From Alphaproteobacteria bacterium (GTDB taxonomy: Bacteria > Pseudomonadota > Alphaproteobacteria > UBA828), in assembly GCA_963422645.2 (NCBI GenBank), contig CAXXVO010000004.1, positions 224,001-288,000 on the forward strand: a stretch of DNA of 64,000 nt. The letters are read 5' to 3'. Position numbers and translations under genes: made by a program. Numbering within the stretch: position 1 is the first letter of the stretch; every line of letters begins with the position of its first letter. This document shows, in pieces, positions 31,556 to 42,295 of this stretch. The notes below the pieces were generated by a model that did no database searches, was not told the DNA's origin, and was given only the letters and a program-made list of their open reading frames with translations.

Positions 31556-32548
31556 TTAGATGAGGCCGCCGAGCGGGGACGACGGGTCGGCGTAGCGTTT
31601 CTTTGCCATGCGGCCGGCAAGATAGGCGAGCCGGCCGGCCTCCACCGCGTGGCGCATGGCGTGCGCCATCAGCACCGGGTCCCTGGCGGCGGCGATGGCG
31701 GTGTTCATCAGCACCCCGTCGCAGCCGAGTTCCATCGCCACGGCGGCGTCGGAGGCCGTGCCCACGCCGGCATCGACCAGAACAGGCACGCCGATGCGCT
31801 CGATGATGATGCGGATGCCGACCGGATTCTGCACGCCGAGCCCGGAGCCGATCGGCGCCGCTAGCGGCATGATCGCGGCGCAGCCCATGTCCTCAAGCCG
31901 CTTGGCCATGATCGGGTCGTCGCTGCAGTAGACCATGACCTCGAAGCCGTCCTTGATCAGGATCTCGGCGGCGCGGAGGGTTTCCGGCATGTTGGGGTAG
32001 AGCGTCTCCTGATCGCCGAGCACCTCGAGCTTGACCAGGGACCAGCCGCCGGCCTCGCGGGCGAGCCTCAACGTGCGCACGGCGTCCTCGCCGGTGAAGC
32101 AGCCGGCGGTGTTGGGCAGATAGGTGTAGCGCTTGGGATCGACGTAATCGATCAGCATCGGCGCGTTCGGGTCTGTGACATTCACCCGGCGCACCGCGAC
32201 CGTGATGATCTCGGAACCGGAGGCGTCCAGCGCGGCAGCGGTCTGCTCGAAGTCGCGATACTTGCCGGTGCCGACGATCAGCCGCGAGCGGAAGCACCGG
32301 CCCGCGACCTCCCAAGTGTCGTCCTCCGCCGCTACCGGCGCGGGGTCGGCGCCGCCGCCGATGAAGTGCACGATCTCGAGCCGGTCGCCAGCGGCGACGT
32401 CCGTCTCGTCGTAGGCGCTCCGGGGCACGATCTCGAGATTGCGCTCGACCGCGATCTTGCGCGGATCGAGGCCGAGCCCGGTCACGATGCTGTGAACCGA
32501 CTGGGGCTCCTCGAACTCGCGGAGCTCGCCGTTAATCTGCACCTGCAT
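31556..32548 (-). CDS. thiG: Fused ThiS-ThiG thiazole synthase
   Basis: ThiS domain ending HFIGGG; LPNTAGC and VDAGVG. Confidence 0.95.
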   Translation of the reverse strand: MQVQINGELREFEEPQSVHSIVTGLGLDPRKIAVERNLEIVPRSAYDETDVAAGDRLEIVHFIGGGADPAPVAAEDDTWEVAGRCFRSRLIVGTGKYRDFEQTAAALDASGSEIITVAVRRVNVTDPNAPMLIDYVDPKRYTYLPNTAGCFTGEDAVRTLRLAREAGGWSLVKLEVLGDQETLYPNMPETLRAAEILIKDGFEVMVYCSDDPIMAKRLEDMGCAAIMPLAAPIGSGLGVQNPVGIRIIIERIGVPVLVDAGVGTASDAAVAMELGCDGVLMNTAIAAARDPVLMAHAMRHAVEAGRLAYLAGRMAKKRYADPSSPLGGLI

Positions 32549-32726
32549 GGGTGTGTGTTCCGTACGCGTGCAACGATTCGTCGCATCGGTGCGACGTTAG
32601 TTGGAGTATTGGTGACGGGCCTGACGATTTCAACAGCGGACGGCGGCAAGAAACACGCGGATTGAAGCCCGAGTCCCGGCCGTGTTAGACCGGTTATGCG
32701 GGCGAGCATCACGACTCGGTGCGTCC

Positions 32727-33170
32727 ATGACTCTCAATATCTTGATTTTGAACGGTCCCAACCTCAATATGCTGGGGTTGCGAGAACCTGAGATCTACGG
32801 GCACCAGACCCTGGACGACATTCGCGCGCTGTGCGAGAGCCACGCGGAGGGCCTTGGGCTTGTGGTTGATTTCAGGCAGAGCAATCACGAGGGCGAGCTG
32901 ATTGACTGGATTCAGCAGGCGCCGAAGGCCCACGCCGGCATCATCCTCAATCCCGGCGGCTACACGCACACGTCGGTGGCCATCATGGATGCGCTCCGCG
33001 CCGTGGACCTGCCGGCCATCGAGCTGCATCTCTCGAACATCCACCGGCGCGAGCCCTTCCGCCGGCGCTCCTATGTGGCGCAGGCGGTGCAGGGATCGAT
33101 CTGCGGCTTCGGCGCGCAGGGCTACGTGCTCGCGCTCGACGGGATGCGCGCGCTCTTGAAGGAGGAGTGA
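32727..33170 (+). CDS. aroQ: Type II 3-dehydroquinate dehydratase
   Basis: LNGPNLNMLG, QSNHEG, HLSNIH. Confidence 0.97.
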   Translation: MTLNILILNGPNLNMLGLREPEIYGHQTLDDIRALCESHAEGLGLVVDFRQSNHEGELIDWIQQAPKAHAGIILNPGGYTHTSVAIMDALRAVDLPAIELHLSNIHRREPFRRRSYVAQAVQGSICGFGAQGYVLALDGMRALLKEE

Positions 33171-33174
33171 CGCG

Positions 33175-33672
33175 ATGGCAGTGAAACCTGTGCCGGATCC
33201 CCGGCCAGAGGAGCCGGAGCCGATGTTCGGACCCGACGTCGAGTTGATTCGCGCACTCGCGGCGGTGCTCGACGAGGCTGGGCTCACCGAGATCGAAATC
33301 GGCGAAGGCGCGAACCGCATCCGCATCGCGCGCCAGGCCACGGTGGCGGCAGCCCCCGCACCTGCGGTTGCCGCGCGCCCAGCGCCGCTCGGTCCAGCGC
33401 CCGAGCAAGAAGCGCCGGTCGCCGACGATGCCTCACACCCCGGCGCGGTGACCTCGCCCCTCGTCGGTGTGGTCTACGTCGCGCCGGAGCCCGGCGGGCG
33501 CCCCTTCGTCACGGTCGGCGATGAGATCAGCGAGGGCGATACGCTCTTCATCGTCGAGGCAATGAAGACGATGAACCCGGTGCGCGCCCCCAGCGGCGGC
33601 CGGGTTGCCCGAGTTCTTGCCGAGAACGGCGCCCGGGTCGAGTATGGCGAGGTCTTGCTGATCCTCGAGTGA
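33175..33672 (+). CDS. accB: Biotin carboxyl carrier protein
   Basis: EAMK motif. Confidence 0.95.
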   Translation: MAVKPVPDPRPEEPEPMFGPDVELIRALAAVLDEAGLTEIEIGEGANRIRIARQATVAAAPAPAVAARPAPLGPAPEQEAPVADDASHPGAVTSPLVGVVYVAPEPGGRPFVTVGDEISEGDTLFIVEAMKTMNPVRAPSGGRVARVLAENGARVEYGEVLLILE

Positions 33673-33677
33673 GACCG

Positions 33678-35036
33678 ATGTTCGACAAGGTCCTGATCGC
33701 CAACCGGGGGGAGATCGCGGTCCGGATCATCCGCGCCTGCCGGGAGTTCGGGATCAAGACCGTCGCCGTCCACTCCACGGCGGATGCCGAGGCGATGCAC
33801 GCGCGCCTCGCCGACGAATCGGTCTGCATCGGCCCGCCGACGCCGCGCGAGAGCTACCTCAACATCCCTGCGATCATCGCCGCCGGCGAGATCACCAACG
33901 CCAACGCGATCCACCCGGGCTATGGCTTCCTCTCCGAGAGCGCGGACTTCGCGACCATCGTGGAGGAGCACGGCTTCATCTTCATCGGCCCGAGCCCGTC
34001 GCACATTTCGCTGATGGGCGACAAGATCCGTGCCAAACAGACCGCGACGGAACTCGGCCTGCCGGTAATACCGGGCTCCGCCTCGGCGCTGGAGGACGCC
34101 GCCTCGTTTGCCCAAGCGGCGGACGAGATCGGCTATCCGGTCCTGATCAAGGCGGTGGCGGGTGGCGGCGGGCGCGGCATGAAGCGGGTCGACAGCCGCG
34201 AAGAGCTAGCCACGGCTGCTGCCACGGCGCGCGCAGAGGCTGAGTCCGCCTTCGGCAATGACGCACTCTATCTGGAGAAGCTGGTCGCTGCACCGCGCCA
34301 TATCGAGGTGCAGGTGCTCGCCGACCAGTTCGGCAACGCGGTGCACCTCGGCGAGCGCGACTGCTCGCTGCAGCGCCGCCACCAGAAGGTTCTGGAGGAG
34401 GCCCCGTCGCCAGCGCTCGATGCGCGCCAACGCGAGGAGATCGGCAGCCGCGTCAGCGCCGCGGTTCGCGAGCTCGGTTATCGCGGGGTGGGCACCATCG
34501 AGTTCCTCTACGAGGACGGCGCCTTCTACTTCATGGAGATGAACACGCGCATCCAGGTGGAACATCCGGTCACCGAGATGATCACCGGGATCGACCTTGT
34601 GCAGGAACAGATCCGGGTCGCTGCCGGGGAGCCCCTCGCCTTCGCCCAGGAGGACGTGCGCTTCGAAGGCCATTCCATCGAGTGCCGGATCACCGCCGAG
34701 GATCCCGATACCTTCCGCCCCTCGCCCGGCACCGTGAGCGGCTATCACACGCCGGGCGGGCCCGGCGTGCGCGTCGATTCCGCGCTCTATGACGGCTACC
34801 GGATCCCGCCCTACTACGACAGCCTCATCAGCAAGGTGATCGCCCAGGCCGGCAGCCGGGAAGCCTGCCTGATGCGGCTGCGACGGGCGCTGGAGGAGTA
34901 CGTCATCCAGGGTGTCTCGACCACGATCCCGCTGCACCTACGCCTGCTCTCCAGCCAAGCGTTCGCCGAGAGCGACTACGACATCCACTGGTTCGAGCGC
35001 TTCGTGACGGAGACCGGCGCCGGCAACAGCGCCTAG
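33678..35036 (+). CDS. accC: Biotin carboxylase
   Basis: [27 protein letters not shown]. Confidence 0.97.
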   Translation: MFDKVLIANRGEIAVRIIRACREFGIKTVAVHSTADAEAMHARLADESVCIGPPTPRESYLNIPAIIAAGEITNANAIHPGYGFLSESADFATIVEEHGFIFIGPSPSHISLMGDKIRAKQTATELGLPVIPGSASALEDAASFAQAADEIGYPVLIKAVAGGGGRGMKRVDSREELATAAATARAEAESAFGNDALYLEKLVAAPRHIEVQVLADQFGNAVHLGERDCSLQRRHQKVLEEAPSPALDARQREEIGSRVSAAVRELGYRGVGTIEFLYEDGAFYFMEMNTRIQVEHPVTEMITGIDLVQEQIRVAAGEPLAFAQEDVRFEGHSIECRITAEDPDTFRPSPGTVSGYHTPGGPGVRVDSALYDGYRIPPYYDSLISKVIAQAGSREACLMRLRRALEEYVIQGVSTTIPLHLRLLSSQAFAESDYDIHWFERFVTETGAGNSA

Positions 35037-35046
35037 CGCGGACACC

Positions 35047-35718
35047 ATGTCGACGGTCGAGCTCACGCCAGCGCTGATACTCAGGGCCTACAGCTGCGGA
35101 CTCTTCCCCATGGCGGAGAGCAAGGCGGAGCGGGACGTCTTCTGGGTCGACCCCGAGACGCGCGGGGTCATCCCGCTCGACGGCTTTCACGTGCCGCGCA
35201 GGCTCGCGCGCACGGTGCGCGCCGGGCGCTTCCGCGTCACCGTGAACCGCGATTTCCCCCGCGTCGTGCGCGGCTGCGCGCGCCGCACCGGGCGGCGGCC
35301 GGAATCCTGGATCAACGGGACCATCTTCGAAGCTTACTGCGCGCTGCACCGGCAGAGGCACGCCCACAGCGTAGAGGCCTGGCAGGAAGACACGCTGGTC
35401 GGCGGCCTATATGGCGTCTCGCTGGGCGCCGCGTTCTTCGGCGAGAGCATGTTCAGCGCCGAGCGGGACGCCAGCAAGGTCGCGCTGGTGCATCTGGTCG
35501 CCCGCCTCCGGGCCGGCGGCTTCACCCTGCTCGACACACAGTTCGTCACCTCGCACCTCACCCGCTTCGGCGCGGTGGAGATGCCGCGGGCGCACTATCT
35601 CTCGCAGCTCTCGGACGCGCTCACGCAGCCCGCGACCTTCTATCCGGCGGGATTTTCCGACGCCGCGCTGTCGGCCTCCGGCGAGGCTTCGGTGCAGGCG
35701 AGCACCCAGATGTCGTAA
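35047..35718 (+). CDS. aat: Leucyl/phenylalanyl-tRNA-protein transferase
   Basis: [24 protein letters not shown]. Confidence 0.96.
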   Translation: MSTVELTPALILRAYSCGLFPMAESKAERDVFWVDPETRGVIPLDGFHVPRRLARTVRAGRFRVTVNRDFPRVVRGCARRTGRRPESWINGTIFEAYCALHRQRHAHSVEAWQEDTLVGGLYGVSLGAAFFGESMFSAERDASKVALVHLVARLRAGGFTLLDTQFVTSHLTRFGAVEMPRAHYLSQLSDALTQPATFYPAGFSDAALSASGEASVQASTQMS

Positions 35719-36062
35719 ACCGGATGCTCCAGCGCCGCGAGGCCGGGCGTCGACGAGAACATCCAACCGGTGTAGAGGCGCGTCGCGCGGCCTAAGTGAT
35801 CGACCTCGTCGATTTCGAGGAAGGCCGCGTTCTCCGGCGGCTCCTCGGGTGGGGCGGCGTGACAGGCGCGGACGACGATTTGAAGCGTCCCGAACCGGAC
35901 CGCCCTGTCGAGCGGTGCCTCCAGCTCGGAGGTGCGGGCCACCACCTTGTCCAGCGCCTGGAGCACGGCACGCTGGCGCTCGGCCGCGGCGGCACTCGCG
36001 CCATCGGCCACGGCTGCCGCAAGCGCAGCGCCTGCGGCCAGCGAAAGGAGACTTGGCCTCAC
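35640..36062 (-). CDS. DUF2155-family protein
   Basis: [19 protein letters not shown]; follows mlaD. Confidence 0.85.
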   Translation of the reverse strand: MRPSLLSLAAGAALAAAVADGASAAAAERQRAVLQALDKVVARTSELEAPLDRAVRFGTLQIVVRACHAAPPEEPPENAAFLEIDEVDHLGRATRLYTGWMFSSTPGLAALEHPVYDIWVLACTEASPEADSAASENPAG

Positions 36063-36503
36063 CTACTCCGTGCCGAAGGCGAATTGGCCGATCAGCTCCT
36101 CGAGCAGAAGCGAGGACTGGGTGTACGAAATACGGCCGCCGTCCTTGATAAACGTCTCCTCGGCGCCCGGCTGGAGGTCGATGAACTTGCTGCCCAGCAG
36201 GCCGTCGCTCACGACCGCCGCCGTGGAATCCGTCGGCAGCTCGACCGTCTCGTCGATACTCATGCGGAGCACGGCGCGGAAGGTCTCTGGCTCAAGCTCC
36301 CGGTCGATCACCGTCCCCACCTTGATGCCGCCGATACGCACATCGGAACCGTTGCTGATACCGTCCACACGGTTGAACGCCGCGCTCACCTCGTAGCCGC
36401 TCACCGTGGCGACGCCGCTCCTGGTATAGGCGAAGACGATGAAGCCGATGGCCACCGCCAGCACCACGGCGCCCAGCAGGGTCTCGACAAGGCTTCTGGA
36501 CAT
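36063..36503 (-). CDS. mlaD: MCE-domain lipid asymmetry protein
   Basis: GSDVRIGGIKVG, GLLG. Confidence 0.88.
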   Translation of the reverse strand: MSRSLVETLLGAVVLAVAIGFIVFAYTRSGVATVSGYEVSAAFNRVDGISNGSDVRIGGIKVGTVIDRELEPETFRAVLRMSIDETVELPTDSTAAVVSDGLLGSKFIDLQPGAEETFIKDGGRISYTQSSLLLEELIGQFAFGTE

Positions 36504-36623
36504 GGCGATCTCCTTCCCTGCCTCCGGGATGAGGATTGCGGCCCCGCCTCACCCAGACGAGGCCGCGCCGAGTCGCATCTTGCCACAGCGTGCCCGGCTT
36601 CGGGTAACGGCAAAGCTAGAGAG

Positions 36624-37031
36624 CTAACCCACGACCTCGCCTTCGACCATGGCGATCGCCTCGATCTCGATTTCGAGCTCGGGCAACGCCAACGACGTGA
36701 TCTCGACGATGGTGTCCGCCGGATAGGGCGGCGTGAAGAACTTCTCGCGCAGGGCGACGATCTTGCCGAAGTTGCCCATGTCCTTCAGGAAGATGGTCAC
36801 TTTGACAATTTTCGCGAGGCTGGAGCCGCCGGCCGCCAGCACCGCCGCCAGGTTCTTGAAGGTCTGCTCGGCCTGCGCATTGAAATCGCCGACGCCGACG
36901 ATGGTGCCGTCGAGGTCGATGGCGGCCTGGCCAGAGACGAAGATCAAGTCGCCGACTCGGTAGGCCTGCGCCAGCCTGAAGGGCTCGTAGGGATCGGGGT
37001 CAGTCTTTATGCGCACCGCGTTCTCGGCCAT
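36624..37031 (-). CDS. RidA-family protein
   Basis: FVSGQ, IEIEAIA. Confidence 0.88.
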   Translation of the reverse strand: MAENAVRIKTDPDPYEPFRLAQAYRVGDLIFVSGQAAIDLDGTIVGVGDFNAQAEQTFKNLAAVLAAGGSSLAKIVKVTIFLKDMGNFGKIVALREKFFTPPYPADTIVEITSLALPELEIEIEAIAMVEGEVVG

Positions 37032-37139
37032 CGGTCTCCTCCCTCATTCGGTTCGTGACACAGCAGTCTCGCTTAGTACGCCGCGTGATGGTAGGACGCG
37101 CGCGCACGGCGGCAGCTGCACCAACGGGAGACATTCGAA

Positions 37140-37937
37140 ATGAGTGACACGGTGCTGATCCAGCGGGCGAACGGAATTGCCCGGGTGACCCTGAACCGGC
37201 CGGAGGTGCTGAACGCGCTCAACGACGAGCTTTGCGAAGCCCTGGTCGAAGCCCTCGCGGAGGTCGAGCGCGAGCCTGAGACCCGCGTCATGGTGCTGCA
37301 GGGCGCCGGTGGTTACTTCATGGCGGGCGGCGACTTGCAGTCCTTCTACGGCCTGCTCGAGCGGATGCCGGACGAGCGCCGGCGGCATTTCGAGACGATG
37401 ATCGACCGCGTCCACGCGATCATCCGGATCATGCGGCGGATGCCGCAACCGGTGATCGCCAAGATCGACGGCGCCGCCGGCGGCTTCGGCCTGAGCCTGG
37501 TTCTCGCGTGCGACCTCGCGATCAGTGCCGCCGACAGCATCTTCACCATGGCCTATTGCCGCATCGGCACCAGCCCCGATGGCTCGTCGACCTGGTTCCT
37601 GCCGCGCACCGTGGGCGCGAAGAAGGCGATGGAGCTCGCTCTGCTGGGCGATCGCTTCGGCGCGCGCGAGGCCGAGCGGCTCGGCATCGTCAACCGCGTC
37701 GTCTCTCCCAACCGGCTGGAGGAGGAGACCGAGGCGCTGGCCCGCCGCCTCGCCGCAGGCCCCGCCCGCGCGCTGGCCAACACCAAACGGCTGCTCAGAG
37801 ACTCAGGCCATGCTTCCCTTGAAGAGCAGCTCCAGGCGGAAGCCGAGATGTTTGCGGACTGTGCGGCGAGCGCGGATTTCGCCGAAGGGGTCGCGGCCTT
37901 CGTCGAGAAGCGCAGGCCAAGCTTCACCGGGCGCTGA
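37140..37937 (+). CDS. Enoyl-CoA hydratase/isomerase (PaaG-like)
   Basis: LNRPEVLNAL, AGGDL, EGVAAFVEKR. Confidence 0.92.
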   Translation: MSDTVLIQRANGIARVTLNRPEVLNALNDELCEALVEALAEVEREPETRVMVLQGAGGYFMAGGDLQSFYGLLERMPDERRRHFETMIDRVHAIIRIMRRMPQPVIAKIDGAAGGFGLSLVLACDLAISAADSIFTMAYCRIGTSPDGSSTWFLPRTVGAKKAMELALLGDRFGAREAERLGIVNRVVSPNRLEEETEALARRLAAGPARALANTKRLLRDSGHASLEEQLQAEAEMFADCAASADFAEGVAAFVEKRRPSFTGR

Positions 37938-38011
37938 ACGATGGGCGCACGCCTCGCGGGCAAGACCGCGCTAATCACCGCGGCGGGGCAAGGCATCGGT
38001 CACGCCACGGC
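37891..38011 (+). repeat. 121-bp direct repeat, left copy (hydratase end plus dead-end SDR start)
   Basis: Matches 43017-43137 with 8 substitutions. Confidence 0.92.
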
Positions 38012-38129
38012 GCTGGCGGTGAGAACGTCATGTCACCGCTCCATTATGGGGCGTAGCGCGAGCGATCCCGATGCCTTAGGCTGCGCCGCATGACCCTGGA
38101 CCGAACGATTGGCGGCGAGGGGCTTAGGC

Positions 38130-38832
38130 ATGCGGATTGAGCCGGAGATCGATGGCGTTTCCGTCATTCTCGTTGGCAGCTTCAATCCAGCGATCTTCAC
38201 GCCGGCCTGGTTCGCCATGCACGACCTCCTACCGGCGGGCATTGCGGACAGCGCCGACCTAGCAGTTGCTCATAAGCAGATGACAATGTTCAACGCTGAT
38301 TGGCTCCGCCTCGAGGTTACGCCGGACCAATTCAACGTGGAGACCGTTCAGGCTCCCCACGTTCGTATCCACGACCTCGTATTGCGTGTCTTCGGAGAAC
38401 ACCTTCACCACAACGCCACTCACGGCGTTCGGGATCAATCGGAATGTCCACTTTCAGGTTGGGAATCGGGCCGCAAGAGTCCAACTTGGTAGAATCCTGG
38501 CGCCAGTGGAGCCTTGGGGGCCTTGGGGGCAGGAGCTAGGCTTGGACGGCGAACACGGCGGAATGACCTCATTGACAATGACGCAGGTCGATCCTGAGGG
38601 AAGGCCCGCAGGCGGACGGATCAACGTCAAGGTGGAGCCTTCTATCCGCACCGGCAACGGACGAACCGGAGTTTATGTCGGGGTCAACGATCACTACGCT
38701 GCAGATGATACCGGGCCGGCCACCGCTGGCCGCTTAATTGACCTCTTGGAGGGGAATTTTCAAACTTCACTGAGCCGCAGCGAACAGATCGTTGACCACA
38801 TCATGTCCTTGGCAACGACCCGGGAGGCGTAG
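38130..38832 (+). pseudogene. Hypothetical protein, cassette gene 1, frameshifted near 38412
   Basis: ORFs 38109-38492 and 38386-38832 join (HLHH-TPLTAFGIN) if one A is removed. Confidence 0.65.
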
Positions 38833-38835
38833 TCG

Positions 38836-39417
38836 ATGCTGCGGTCGGCGTATTCCATGGCGGTAGAGCATGTCGGTGAGCGGGTTGATCGCAGTAACTC
38901 TGACCATCCGGCTGCCGCCGACGTACTGGATCAGAATGTGAAGGCGGCTCTTCGAGCATCTACAGCAGCGGTGCGCAACCAGGGAGCGAATGCGGCTCCC
39001 CAGCCATTGTTTACTAATCACAAGCAGCACCTTGGCGCGGCGCGAATCATAGGCCTTCCTCCGGCGCCGACGCGTTCCGCACCAGCCGCAAGCTTCCACG
39101 CACTACAGGAGTGGGAAGGATACGTGCTCAGTGCTGACACAACCAGTTTCGTTGCGCGCCTAGTGGATGTGACTACCAGAGCATCCCACGAAGAAGAGGA
39201 AGCGGTCATCCCGCGGGCCGAACTGTCTGAGAGCGACAACGCCAAAATGCGTGTCGGGAGTATCTTCCGCTGGGTGATCGGCTACGAGCGGGCGCGGGGG
39301 GGAACAAAAAGGCGCGTGTCCCAATTTGTGTTTCGCGATCTTCCCGCGATCACTTCAAGCGATCTCCGGGAGGGCGAAGCCTGGGCACGAAAGATGGCGC
39401 GATCGCTTAATCCGTGA
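38836..39417 (+). CDS. Hypothetical protein, cassette gene 2
   Basis: 193-aa ORF 3 bp after gene 1, overlapping the gene 3 start (GTGA). Confidence 0.75.
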   Translation: MLRSAYSMAVEHVGERVDRSNSDHPAAADVLDQNVKAALRASTAAVRNQGANAAPQPLFTNHKQHLGAARIIGLPPAPTRSAPAASFHALQEWEGYVLSADTTSFVARLVDVTTRASHEEEEAVIPRAELSESDNAKMRVGSIFRWVIGYERARGGTKRRVSQFVFRDLPAITSSDLREGEAWARKMARSLNP

Positions 39418-40091
39418 CCGCAGAGACGACGCCTCCGGGAGCAGGTGAGTTCGAACTCACACTCTTCGGCCCCGGATATGGAGAGGGAATCGTTCTGCAT
39501 GTCGGCGACGGCGTATGGGTCATCGTCGATTCGTGCATCGATGCTGATGGCTCACCGAGAGCTCTTTCTTACCTAGAGAGCATCGGCGTCGATCCCACCC
39601 AGGCTGTCGCTCTAGTCGTCGCGACGCATTGGCACGATGACCACATTCGTGGGATGGAGCGACTGGTCGAGACCTGCGGCCAAGCCATATTCTGCTGCGC
39701 CTCAGCGTTATGCCAAACGGAATTTCTCTCGGCCGTCGATGCCCTTGAACGCCGCCATCTCTCCGTCACTGGTTCGGGCGCACGGGAGCTTTACAAAGTG
39801 TTCACGCTGCTTGTGGAGAGGAAGTCGACACCAACGCACGCAATATCTAATCGGCGAGTCTTCGCAAATGGGGCATGCGAAATTTGGTCGCTTTCGCCTG
39901 ACAATGTGGCCTTTCAAGGTTTCCTGGTAACTGCCCAGGTACCCCCTCTCTCTTATGGAACAAGCCAGTTCCTTTTGCGTCAACGCCCCCACGCCGCGGG
40001 GGTGCCTACTCTCTTGAGCGCGAGAGGATGATGAACGCCGCGTCGCGAACAAGATGAGAGGACAGCGATACTCAGGATGAGCCGGAGAAGT

Positions 40092-41633
40092 TCAGGAGCG
40101 CAGTATAGGGATCAGCTGCATCGGTTCCGGGTGCGCCAGGATTTGCAGGATGTTCCAGCCTTGCTTTCGAGCGGTGACGATGACGCTGCGCATTCCGGCG
40201 AAGTTGCAGGCGCCTTGCAGGGAGCGGAAGCCGCCTGAGATCTTCTCATGCACTTTGTTCATACGGATGTCACGCTCCGCCTCGTTATTCGTGAACGGCG
40301 TGCGCAGGTCGGTGAGGAAGCGCAGGCAGCCCTCCTTATGCTTTTGAAGGCGGCGCGCGAGGTTGTGGCCGATGCGGCGTTTCTTTCGCCCTCGCTTTGC
40401 GATCTGGAGCGGCGGTTGGGCCTCATGGAAGGCGATGGCTTCTTCGAGGATACGGTCCCATGCCCTTGAGATGCGGGCCACCAGGGAGGCGGGGACTTGA
40501 CGGTCTTTCTCACGGGCGAAGCGGGCGGCCCTGCGCGCGCGCTGAAGCAGGCGGTGCATGCTCGCCGCCCATTCCTCCTTCTCGATGTCGATCAGGGCCT
40601 GGAGTTCGCGCAGGTGATGTGCGTTGCAGGCGCCGTGGCGGACGCCCTTGATGGTGAAGTAGGGGGCGAAGTCGTCGTGGACGAGGATGCCTTTCAGGTT
40701 CTTTTCGACACCGCGCGCGCTCACCTCGCCGATGCGCAGGACGGTGAGCAACGGGGTGCACAGCACATGGAGCCAGCGGGTACGGGCGGCGATACGCAGG
40801 CCGGTCTCGTCGAGGTGCTTGACCGGCGCCTGCGTGCGGATCAGATCGGCGACATGGTCGAGGAAGCCCTCGAAGCGCTGCGCTGTGCGCCGGCCCATGG
40901 CGGCGATCGTGGCAGTGGAGATGGACACCGCGAAGATGTCGCTCATGAGTTCGGCCAGACGCTTCTCGGGCACGAACTGGGCGTACAGCAGGTAACTCAC
41001 CCAAGCGGTGATGCGAGGGCCGTACTGGACCGGGGCGGTGACGCCCGGCGGGAAGGCGGCTCGTGTCAGCGTGCCGCATGCGCCGCAGAGGCAGCGATGG
41101 GCGCGGTGTTCGGTGACCTCGAGAGGCTGCGGCTCGGGTACGTCGAAGACCTGCCGACAGGCGGGCGCGCCTTGCCGGTCGGCGTCCGAGAGCTCGACGC
41201 CACAGCCGGAACAGGTGGAGGGGTGGTGATCGACGACACGGTCCGGGCTGTCGCTCCGCGCGAGGGTGGTTCCCTTGTGGCCGGGCTGGCCGCCACTGGG
41301 CCCGCCGGACTTTCCGCGCTGGCTTTGGGTGCGCCTCTGGGCTCCGCTTTTCTTCTTGAGCCCGTCGCTGGCGGGGGGCTTGCTGCTTGTGGTGCTGTTG
41401 AGGGCCGCGCTGCGCTCGAGTTCGGCGATGCGCTCGCGCAGGGCCGCGTTCTCCTGCTCGAGTGCGGCATTTTCCCGGGCGAGCGCGGTGGCTGATCGCA
41501 GCAGCCCCTGCCCCCATTCCCGGACGGCAACGACGACAGTGGTTGCGAGGGATGATGGCTCGAGAAGCTCCTTCAGGCAGCAGAAGGCCTCGTTACGGGC
41601 GGCGAGGTCTTCGTGCCAGTGCGACACCGTCAC
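40092..41633 (-). CDS. IS66 transposase (single-ORF, ISBst12-like)
   Basis: Coiled coil, NSTTSSKPPASD, GGQPGHKG, zinc finger, DETG, TNNEAER; GTG start overlaps the MTase stop. Confidence 0.92.
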   Translation of the reverse strand: MTVSHWHEDLAARNEAFCCLKELLEPSSLATTVVVAVREWGQGLLRSATALARENAALEQENAALRERIAELERSAALNSTTSSKPPASDGLKKKSGAQRRTQSQRGKSGGPSGGQPGHKGTTLARSDSPDRVVDHHPSTCSGCGVELSDADRQGAPACRQVFDVPEPQPLEVTEHRAHRCLCGACGTLTRAAFPPGVTAPVQYGPRITAWVSYLLYAQFVPEKRLAELMSDIFAVSISTATIAAMGRRTAQRFEGFLDHVADLIRTQAPVKHLDETGLRIAARTRWLHVLCTPLLTVLRIGEVSARGVEKNLKGILVHDDFAPYFTIKGVRHGACNAHHLRELQALIDIEKEEWAASMHRLLQRARRAARFAREKDRQVPASLVARISRAWDRILEEAIAFHEAQPPLQIAKRGRKKRRIGHNLARRLQKHKEGCLRFLTDLRTPFTNNEAERDIRMNKVHEKISGGFRSLQGACNFAGMRSVIVTARKQGWNILQILAHPEPMQLIPILRS

Positions 41634-42295
41634 GTGTCTTCGGCCTCGACGGCCATCATGGCGGCGAGCACGGCGAGGCGTTCGCCCGGCGGCAAGGCCT
41701 GGTAGCGCCGGCCCCAGTTGGCTGCCTTGCGCTTGATGCGCTGGCGGTCGGTGAAGTTCCGGCCTGCGTGGCTGGCCCAATGCATCCGGTCGGGGGCGTA
41801 GTTGAACCAGACGACCTCGGTTCGCACCAGACCCTGGGTCGTGACCTGCAGCGCCAGCCGGCGCCATCCCGCCAGCACCTCGTCATAGAGCGCCGACGGA
41901 TGGCCCGAGATCATGACCTGGCAGGGCAGAGCCTTGAGCAGCGCGAGAAGCGCGACGTGGCCGGCCTCCTCGTACTCGAAGCGGTAGCGCTGCGCCGAGC
42001 GGCGGGTCGCGTGCAGATAGGGCGGATCGCTGTAAACCAGCTCCGGGCCCAGGAACGGGAACGAGGCCAGGAAGTCATGGGCACAGCCGTGAACCAGATC
42101 GACCGGGTAGTCGCAGACGAAGGCCTCGAGCGCCTGCGCATCGCGGTCGATGCCGATCGAACGCACGGCCGGCGGCTTGCGCTTCATCAGCGCCCCGCCC
42201 CCAAGGTGGCTTTCGATGTAGACGGAGTGCGGCGGCATCAGCGCAATCAGCGCTTGGCACAGACCTGCTGTCGCCTTCGAGCCGAAATACCCCAT
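41630..42295 (-). CDS. Compact Dam/D12-like DNA adenine methyltransferase
   Basis: YFGSK, YIESHLGGG, YSDPPY, MISG, TEVVWFNY. Confidence 0.88.
   Translation of the reverse strand: MGYFGSKATAGLCQALIALMPPHSVYIESHLGGGALMKRKPPAVRSIGIDRDAQALEAFVCDYPVDLVHGCAHDFLASFPFLGPELVYSDPPYLHATRRSAQRYRFEYEEAGHVALLALLKALPCQVMISGHPSALYDEVLAGWRRLALQVTTQGLVRTEVVWFNYAPDRMHWASHAGRNFTDRQRIKRKAANWGRRYQALPPGERLAVLAAMMAVEAEDT

Noticed and set aside
32549-32726. TPP riboswitch upstream of thiS-thiG
   Set aside because: No recognisable CTGAGA core on the minus strand.
40092-41867. 591-aa IS66 transposase
   Set aside because: The first ~78 codons overlap the methyltransferase; GTG 41633 is the better start.
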